From: Bugula neritina
Lineage: Eukaryota; Animalia; Bryozoa
Assembly: GCA_964035545.1 (NCBI GenBank)
Contig: CAXIUT010000309.1
Coordinates: 1-36,781 of the forward strand
DNA length: 36,781 bases
Direction of reading: 5' to 3'
Shown: piece after piece, positions 27,692-36,781 of the stretch
How positions within the stretch are numbered: position 1 is the first letter of the stretch
Layout: the number at the start of each line of letters is the position of its first letter
The notes under the pieces: model-generated
Databases searched by the model: none
What the model was told of the DNA's origin: nothing
The model's input: the letters and a program-made list of their open reading frames with translations, nothing else
Made by a program: the position numbers and the translations under genes

Positions 27692-28211
27692 ATGCTTAGC
27701 GAAAGCGACTGTATTTAATCTACTATCTAGTTGGAGAACTCCCTCCACCCTTCAGCTATGGCATGCACTTCTGCCCAACCTGCAAAAACCTCATGAAACC
27801 CCACACCTTCAGCGGATCAACTCTCGACTTTCTCTGTGAAAGATGCAATAAAAAAATAACAGTCGACTACTCAAAACGCAAAGAAAACGAATGTCTGCTC
27901 TATAGTAAAGAGTTGCAAGCAGGTAGACAGAATATTATAAAGGGAATAAAAAGTTTGTTCCTGATTTGGCTTATATATTCGATCCAACAATGCCAAGCGC
28001 AGAGGTGAAATGTCCATAATGCTAATACGATAGAGCTGTGTATTTGTTAACTCCTGACGATGGGTAAACAAAATTAATAGCAACAATGATTTGTGCAAGT
28101 GCAACTGGAACTATTCCCAAATGTGGAAATATATGGACCCTAGAAGATACTGCTTAGTTGTCGAAAAGCAAAGTTATCACAGAAGAATAACGATTCTTTT
28201 AAAACTTTTGA
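27692..28211 (+). CDS. RPB9: RNA polymerase II subunit RPB9-like (two zinc ribbons)
   Basis: MHFCPTCKNLMKP...FLCERC, then FDPTMPSAEVKCPECEYDRAVY...MICAS...KCGNIW; 20-nt introns 27711-27730 and 27923-27942. Confidence 0.85.
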
Positions 28212-28825
28212 GTGATATTTGAGTCAAATATTATCCTTGACTAAAAAGGAATTTAAAATATTTTAAAATAAAAGTATTCATATTTTTTAGTTTATGATTT
28301 TCTTGTAGTTATTAGATAACAAAGAATAGCTTATTGTCCCTTTTGATTAAAATAAAGTTCTATATTTTAGAAAATCAATAATCCTTTGTTCTCTGATAAC
28401 TCTTGTAAATAGATGATATAATTAATGAATGATAATCATTTTTGGATTGTTTAACCTGACATTCTCCTTTATTAATCTTGAATAATTTGTTGATCTTATT
28501 CAATAGATCTTTCTGGAAATACTAATCTTAAAAAATTGATAACAGACCCTTTTATCAAGAATAAATGCCTTGAGTATGATCTTTTATTTAAATTATTTCA
28601 AACTAATTCATCTTTGTTTCCTTATTAACTTCAAAATCTTCCAGATTCTATTTGTAAACTCAATAGAAAATTACTAATAAAGGTTCTATAAAAAACGATA
28701 TCTCATCTATTGTTTTATCTCATAAATGCAGTACTTATTTAACTTAAAAGAATAAAAAATACCTTAAATCTGTTACAATAAATTCCATTCTCATAATTTT
28801 AAATTGATTGATAAGTTTTCGAAAG

Positions 28826-29317
<492 letters not shown>

Positions 29318-29381
29318 TAATGATAACATACTCATAAAATCTTTATTTATCCTATTACCTATGAAATAAAGTAGCAAAGAA

Positions 29382-30976
29382 TCATTTCATTCCCATACCA
29401 CCTACTTTCAAACGAATCAAATCCTCTTCGATAGGCTAATACAAAAAACGAGCTTGTAGTCTAAGAGGTACTTCAGTTCTTTCAAATTAAAATTCATTTA
29501 ACAAATGAATCACAATAAGTTTAGTTTCCAATAAAGCTAGATATTTACCAATACAACTTTTAGTTCCAGCAGAAAAAGGAATAAAACTATAGGCTTCAGT
29601 TGTATGTGCTCCTTTAGTTGCCCAACGATCAGGATTAAATACTTCAGGATGATCATAATATTTAGGATTATGCATTAGACCTATAATATTTGTTCCAATT
29701 AACATATCTCCAGGTAAATTATATTGTCCTATTTTAGTATCTTATCTTGTTACTCTTGCTAAAATCCCAGTTGCTGGAGGCCACATCCTCAAACACTCGT
29801 CCAAAAAGAAACCCATAAACTATAATTTCTATATAAAATGATATTTACTGTTAGGTTTTCATAAGTAATACCATCTTTAGTTTAAATTTTAGTTTTTATC
29901 TATTCAATAAGTCTTTTACGATATTCTGGATATTCAGCTAATGCATATAATGCAAAAGAAACCAAATGACCTGTTGTATCAATACCAGCAAAATAAAAAC
30001 TTATCAACTGCTGAATTATTTATTATTTAGATATTCTACGTATCTTATGTGGTTATCCCTTTGCTTAGGCTTCAGCTATCATCTGATCAGTTTTTCTTTT
30101 TTATGATATATAGTGCTGAATAAAATCTTTTTCAAGATCATTTTCAAGAGCCATTCTAGGTTATAAAATCTATTATATCTTCTATCTTATTTCGATTAAT
30201 AAAGTTTGTAGTTCTTTGTCTTTTGAAGAAAAATTCATATCTTTAACTTTTTATCCAAAAAATAAAGAAAAGAGAAGATTAGGTCCTGCTCTAGATCTAT
30301 CAAACACACTCACTGTAAATTAAGCTAAAGCAATAGAAAGAGGATTTTTTCCAACTCTTTTTTTAGCTCCTTACTCAGAAAAAAATATTCTAACCAAAAT
30401 ATCTCCAATTAATTATTCAGTATCATGAATAACTCTAAAATCAACTGCTTTTCTATCAGATTACTAAATCTTTTATTTCAAAGTTTTTATATATGATTGA
30501 ATACTTCTATGCATAGTCGGAATCATCGATTTGAGTTGCTAATGACCAAAAGAATGTCGAATAATACTTCGAATATTACTCCAATGCTAGTCTTCAGCAA
30601 AAAAGATACCTTAATCGTATGACTTCCTTGAATGTTTGTATAAATTGAATTTTCTATATTTTTTTGGGTTAAGATTAAATTATCTGATTAGTTGAGGATC
30701 ACAAAGAATGAGAAAAGGTCGACTTCCGAGATTAGTAAAGTAGGCTTTTTGGTTAGGATTTTATTTAATCATATCTTTCATGAAACGTTGTGAATCTCCA
30801 TACTTCTTTATATTTTATTGCTGCAAACCTAGCATTCCTGAGAAAGGAGCTATGTAAAATTTGAGTTGCGGATCCATTTTTTTAAACTCCCAAGCAGCAA
30901 AATAGATTTTGATCACCAGATGATACAACAAGTAAAGAAAGAGCACCAAAGGAGGAAGAAGTAGATATATGATCAT
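29382..30976 (-). CDS. Cytochrome P450 (~524 aa)
   Basis: N-terminal TM anchor, I-helix FYFAGIDTTG, ExxR (ECLR), FNPDRW, heme motif PFSAGTKSCIG; one 20-nt intron (gtaaatatcattttatatag). Confidence 0.95.
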
Positions 30977-31060
30977 AAGTTGATATTGCTATTATATAAT
31001 AAACTATCCGTCATAATGATGCATAATAAATTTATTTTAAATCAAAAATCAAAATAAAAA

Positions 31061-33534
31061 TCATTTCTTTTTAACTTTCTACCTCAATGTTTGATTAAAA
31101 GTGTTCATCAATATTTTACCCTGATAGATGTTGTCTCTTAATACCTTATTTTTTCCTTTTATATTCTTTACATTGTAATTTAATACATAGCTTGCGTACT
31201 GAGAAGTAGGATATATTATTGTATGCAGACCTGTTACATCTTGTACTTCATGTAAATAATCATCTTTCTAGTTCGATGCTTATGTTCTTAATTTATTTCT
31301 TCTTGAAAATTTTGATGATTTTCTCAAATTAAATGATTTTTTCACTGAAACATCCACTCCTTCTGACAACTATTTAGATTATTGAACAAGATCATTAATC
31401 AGATACTTATGCTAACTATATATCTTTCTTCGCATCAAAGGCTGTTTACTTTATCGATTTAAATTACTCTATCGGCTTATATTTATTCTTATTTTCTTCT
31501 TTTCTTGAAGAAAACTAAAATTCACAGGTACATTCTTCTGAGAACTAACATTCTTCCTAAATGATCTAGAATATATATTTCTTGACAAATATTCTTTACT
31601 ACTTAAAGATGGACTGTCTTCCAGTTTTTGAGGACTTGATAATTAAGCTTTTATTGATGATATATTGGAACTTTATTTTTAAGAGGTTTTTGATTTTAAA
31701 GAATTGTAAAACTGATCTATTTTTTATCTAGCTACTGATAGGTTTTATTAATGTCTTTATTATTTTCTAAGATATCCTTATTATGGATCAGAATCTGAGT
31801 CTAAATTAACTGCTATCATTTATCTTTGAGCTTTAGTTAATGTCATTTTCATAACTTTTTGTGCTTGAGTTATTTATGTAACCATTTATTCCCTCAAATG
31901 TTTATTCTTCATTATTTTTTAACTTTATTTGATAGTTTAAAGTAAATTTTTAGCTATATCATAAAAATGAAAGTCATTCCAGTGTTAAAACTATTATTTT
32001 TAATTTAAAAATCCATAAAAAGAGGTTTATATCGTAATAGACTTTTTAATTCCCATCTTTTAGTAGAATTGACCTCTTAAAGATTATTTTTTTGATCCTC
32101 CAACTCCAAATGTACATCTGTCTGGCACATATTTATTACTTTTAGATTTAAGAAGATGATTAAATATCAAATTATTCTAATTCTACTCAGAATAATAAGC
32201 AAAATATCCAAGTTACTTACTATGTCCATGCAAATCCAAAGTACAATCAATCACTGTTTATTTTTATATTTTCTAAAAAAATTGCCAAATCTGACTACAC
32301 TAAATACTCTTATACTGAAGACATGATTCCCAACTTCGATTGATATCATAACCCAAAAGATTAGTCCTTGAATTTCCATGAATAACTCCGTCTACATTAA
32401 TCATCGGTATCACATAGACATTGAATTTGTTTAAAACTTTCATCGATAGGTCATTTTATGAAGTCAATATTTTGATTATTTGCTAGCATATAAAAGAACC
32501 CACTGTTTAACAGGGATGCTGTCTAGCAGTTATTATTATACTTTTTTTACATTCTTTATTCTTATTTATAAATTTGATACTTGGAATTACATTTCCTAAC
32601 TACGATTTACCAGCTATTTCCAAAATAACATCTATATTAGTATAATTTTCATCAATTTCCTTAGCCAAGTTAACCACCTTGGTAAAAGAGTAAGGAGGAG
32701 CTAATGAAAAATAAACTGTCTCATCTTCTTTAAACTAATACTAAAAATGAACACTATAATAACTTTTCTAGCTCTACAAATGTTTGAAACGACTTTCAAC
32801 GCAATTTATACTTACCATTCTTTAATAGACTTCTTTTTTATTGCTATAAGTAACTAGACAGACAGATTAGTAGAACTTGATAGGACGCGACATGTTAACT
32901 ATTACAAATTGATATTTTTTAGCCATTTAGGAGCTGATAGAAAAATAGAACCAGATGTTATAGGCATGAGTGTTAACATCATTTTGAATAAAAAGATAGA
33001 AATAACTAGTTTTTTTACATTTGAATACAGAATGGAGGTTTCCACATTCAAAATCTGAAGAAAAAGTCATACCATGGTTTTATCTAGGCCTATCTCGATC
33101 TTTAAAGTTGGTCAACTGGTCACTACATATCCTTCTGGCCAAATTACGAATTATAACTGAGCTATCTACAATAAAGTACTGGTCATATCTCGCTTCAAAA
33201 GGAGATTTTACTGAAATTTATTGTAAATGCAACTGAGCTTTCTTGGAAAATACTCAGACAAATACAACGAAGGTCCTTCCTCCTTCTTTACTATCTCCAA
33301 AGGATCCTTTATCTCAGGAGCTTTCAGTTTTTTCATTACAAGCTATTGATACTTGTCTAATTCTTAAGGATACTGATACTGTTTAAGTTAATAATGAATG
33401 CTAAGAGGGTTGCGATTGAATGCGAGTTGAACTTGTGAGTTTCTAGTATGAGGACGACTGAACATATTTTTTATTTTTATTTAAGTAAACTCGAGTGTTG
33501 CCCGGTGAAATCCCTACTAGTCGCTATCTTCCAT
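31061..33534 (-). CDS. Cytosolic carboxypeptidase (M14D, CCP/Nna1 tubulin deglutamylase family)
   Basis: FSSDFECGNL, WFYF, ARQHPCE, IPMINVDGVIHGNSR, DINRSW, LDLHGHS, SITIETSFYG; one 3n+2 intron is needed near 33160-33180. Confidence 0.92.
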
Positions 33535-33636
33535 CAATAATAAATATAAGTTATTCAATAACCTTAATAATTAAACTTATTAAAACAAAAAAAGATTTAA
33601 AGCTAAAATAGATATTTTAAATAGTTATTGATATTA

Positions 33637-36613
33637 TCATTTAACATGCATTATTCTTCTGGTTTTATTGTCTACCCACTATGTTTAAAGTACATTTTTA
33701 ATATCTTAGATGATATTCGGATGAAGTTTATTAAGAAATCCATGCCTATGCCCCAAAATAACTTTAAAATTATCATACTAACTAATATTAACATAACTAT
33801 GTTTGAAATTAACAAAGATATTGACTAATTAGTTATCATCCATTTCTTATTAGATAAAAGTATTTTTGACCAAATTTTGTTAACCAGCCCTTCTAGCCTT
33901 AATCTAGTAAGAAGTAACTCTCTAAGGATTACTCTTTGATTTCTTATATTGCTATTTCAAATATTTAACACAGTAATTCATTATTAACTGAAATGTATCG
34001 AAATTCTACTACAATTAAATAAATTGAATTAGTGCTAGTATTATTATCTTCTTAGGAATTTTACCTTCAAAATTAATTTTAGTTATTTCCTACAAAAAAC
34101 TTTGATACATATTCTTGCCCTTCAAAAAATTAACCAAATAAATTGAATTCTCATAAGCAAATGATAAAAATACCAACAAAGGATACTGTCGATATTCTGC
34201 AGGCAATTTCGATGTTATCGATAGTATCTATTCCAAATCGCTATGCTGTAAACTGATTTGACTATTATTAGCTATTATTTGAGACATCAAAAAACAGTAA
34301 TATGCTATAGTTTATAAACTATCTTCATCATCAAGATGACTAGCCACCCGCTGTTTGATTTATTCCCAAAAAGCTTTAAAATAATATTAAAGTTTGAAGA
34401 TAAAACCTTCCATCTTGCATAGATAGTTATTATATAATTTAAATATAGCTGATCCCTTCTAATATTTAGACAAATATTTAATACTTTTTTCCATAAAACA
34501 CTATATTTCAGGTGCAGTAAAACTTCTCATAGCAATAACAAGATCAAACATCTAAATCAACTTCTCCTAATACTTGAAATATATCTATTTATTTTATTAT
34601 TAATCTAAATATTTAACAATCGAATAAAACAAATTAATTAACTAATTTTTTCTATTTTATTATTTTTACTTTCTTAACATCCCATAAATCAAGTTAAAGC
34701 AGATAAGACCAGCATGCAGGTTGACATTTTTATTAATCTAAAATTATGATTTTATTTTCTATCTGCATTTCATATACAAAGAAGATGATTTTTGAATTAT
34801 TGTCTCAAAATGGTCAAATATCAATATCTGCATCAAAGGGTCTGTTATCTTTATCACCCCTATCACATTCTATAATATACCACCGATATAATTCAATATC
34901 TAGGGATAGTAATTCGATTTCAGTATTCTCTAAAAACTTTTAATGCCTTCTATAATAAATACCTTCCCTATTGGAAATTGCACCTCAATGAAATTGAAAT
35001 ATTTAGCTGAAGGATAATAAGATATCAATCGAATTATTCTCAATATAACCAAATGAGATTTAAAATCCAATATATTATCTAAAAATCCAGATAAAAAAGA
35101 TTACACCAACTTAAATAGATCTTTTCGTCTCTTTATAAATCTAGATAAATTAGCCAATATCATACAAGATGTCTCGAATTTAAGCTAACTGCTCAAATTG
35201 CAAAAAGAATATTGACTAAAATTTTATCTATTTTAATAAAGAAGTACCTTATCTGACTATTTTCTTTATTTTATGGCTGCAATATTTATATACACATCAT
35301 AATTACAATTTACACTATATTTCTCAACCCCTCATCTATCTTCTAAACGTATATCTGGATCATATTGCCCGCCTTCACCTTCAAATACTCACTTCTCATA
35401 TTAGACTATGTAAAATTTTAAGCTAACTCAACGAATTTCTCAGGATTATCATTCATAGTCTGATATTCTTCAAGATTAGTAACAGAATACATAAACAAAG
35501 CAAATATAGTCTACACCTTTTTCTCACCAAAAATCTACAAATACTCCTTACGCTACAAATGATCATCTAATATCTCAAGACATCGGATTAGGATGGCTTC
35601 AGTTTAGAAATCATTCACTATTCGATTAGATTAATGCAAAAAAGTTATAAAAATTATTTTAAATATACTTACAGGACATGTTGATAACTTGTATACATCA
35701 ACCACGATGTTCATTATTATTCTTTTTATTTCATTTATCGAATCGTAATCTTTAGACACCATTGAGAAGTTATTATTGAATAGAAGAAGATATTTTTATA
35801 ATAATTCTATTAAATTTACATTCTAACGAATATATTTTATCTACTCAGGAATTTACTATGCGTACTAGAATATGTTCTCAAGCATATGCTCCATAAAACA
35901 AAACATCTTGCTCAACTTTATCAACCTAAATAATCATAAAAATACGATTCATAGCAATTGTTTTTCCACTCCTGAGGAGTCATTATTGATTCCATAAATT
36001 TGAAAGCTACCTGAGTCAAAGGTTGAAGAATGGCTAAAAAAAATTATATCTGATTATTAATCTACTTAAATGTGTCAAAATAGGCATTCAATATTATTAA
36101 TATCGAATCTATCTTCTTGTAACTATCTTCATTACTCATTTTATTTAATATTTTAGGAAATATAAAATTTCTTTATGTTCCTTCATCTACTTTTACATCA
36201 ATAGTACCTATCTGAGCACTTATCAAATATTACAATCCTGTTCCTAAAATCTACTTTGCTTTATATTCAATACTAAGAGTAAAAACCAACTCAAAAATGC
36301 TATCGATTAATGAAGTTTTGTCTCCAGGTTTTATAGAACATTCGAAAAGATATTTTTTTATGATCATTGCCACAGCTTTTTATAGTCCGACTATTTTAAT
36401 TGATAAATTACCTTATTAGTTTTATGCATTATTTAGTATGTTTATAAATTTTTGCATGATATTTGGATTTTACATTAACTTAATTAAATTTGTTTAAGAT
36501 GATTTAACTTCTTGAGAAGTTTTACCACGGTAAAAAGCTATCACAAGTTTTATTAATTTTTTTTCGTCATAGTTTTAAACTTAAATATTGTTTGTATTTT
36601 CTTCTAAGTCCAT
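33637..36613 (-). CDS. Large HEAT/ARM-repeat protein, importin-beta family-like (~960-980 aa)
   Basis: N-terminus (LVIAFYRGKTSQEVKSSETNLIKL...EKAVAMIIKKYL) resembles the importin-beta N-terminal domain; helical composition and length fit; 20-nt introns (gtatttttatgattatttag, gtacttctttattaaaatag) restore the frame. Confidence 0.6.
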
Positions 36614-36688
36614 ACTTATTATTAAGATATTTATATCTCAATATAAAGCGCATTAAAATATTAAATAATCATATTTTAAAATATATCT

Positions 36689-36781
36689 GGGGTTGGGGTT
36701 GGGGTTGGGGTTGGGGTTGGGGTTGGGGTTGGGGTTGGGGTTGGGGTTGGGGTTGGGGTTGGGGTTGGGGTTGGGGTTGGG
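36689..36781 (+). repeat. Right telomere, (TTGGGG)n
   Basis: Perfect G4T2 array to the last base. Confidence 0.99.

Noticed and set aside
28375-28794. Minus-strand frame from ATG28794 readable if TGA=Trp (TGAs at 28720, 28660, 28555, 28375)
   Set aside because: Four TGAs in ~140 AT-rich codons is near chance; no recognisable homology; conserved Trp residues in ProRS, P450 and CCP use TGG, and TGA marks the expected C-termini

Overview
This window is a complete, telomere-to-telomere ~36.8 kb ciliate macronuclear chromosome, with (CCCCAA)n at the left end and (TTGGGG)n at the right. It does not use the standard code or the common ciliate TAR=Gln code. TAA and TAG both encode glutamate and TGA is the only stop, matching the peritrich nuclear code (NCBI table 30). 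This is shown by TAA/TAG at invariant Glu positions of calmodulin, ProRS and kinesin, and at the Zn-ligand and catalytic Glu of a cytosolic carboxypeptidase. The supplied ORF track is therefore mostly fragments or antisense shadows. Hand retranslation gives about 22 tightly packed genes interrupted by very small GT-AG introns, most exactly 20 nt. They include a giant Q-rich/coiled-coil protein, APC4, a type I membrane protein, an HTH protein, a pseudokinase, UMP-CMP kinase, YbaK-ProRS, LIN9, kinesin-14, a tweety/prominin-like protein, an inositol 5-phosphatase, RPB9, calmodulin, a P450, a CCP/Nna1 carboxypeptidase and an importin-beta-like HEAT protein. Two genes need an unexplained -1 frame change in A-rich runs, which is either an assembly error or recoding. 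All gene models were read by eye and product calls come from motif recognition, not database searches.
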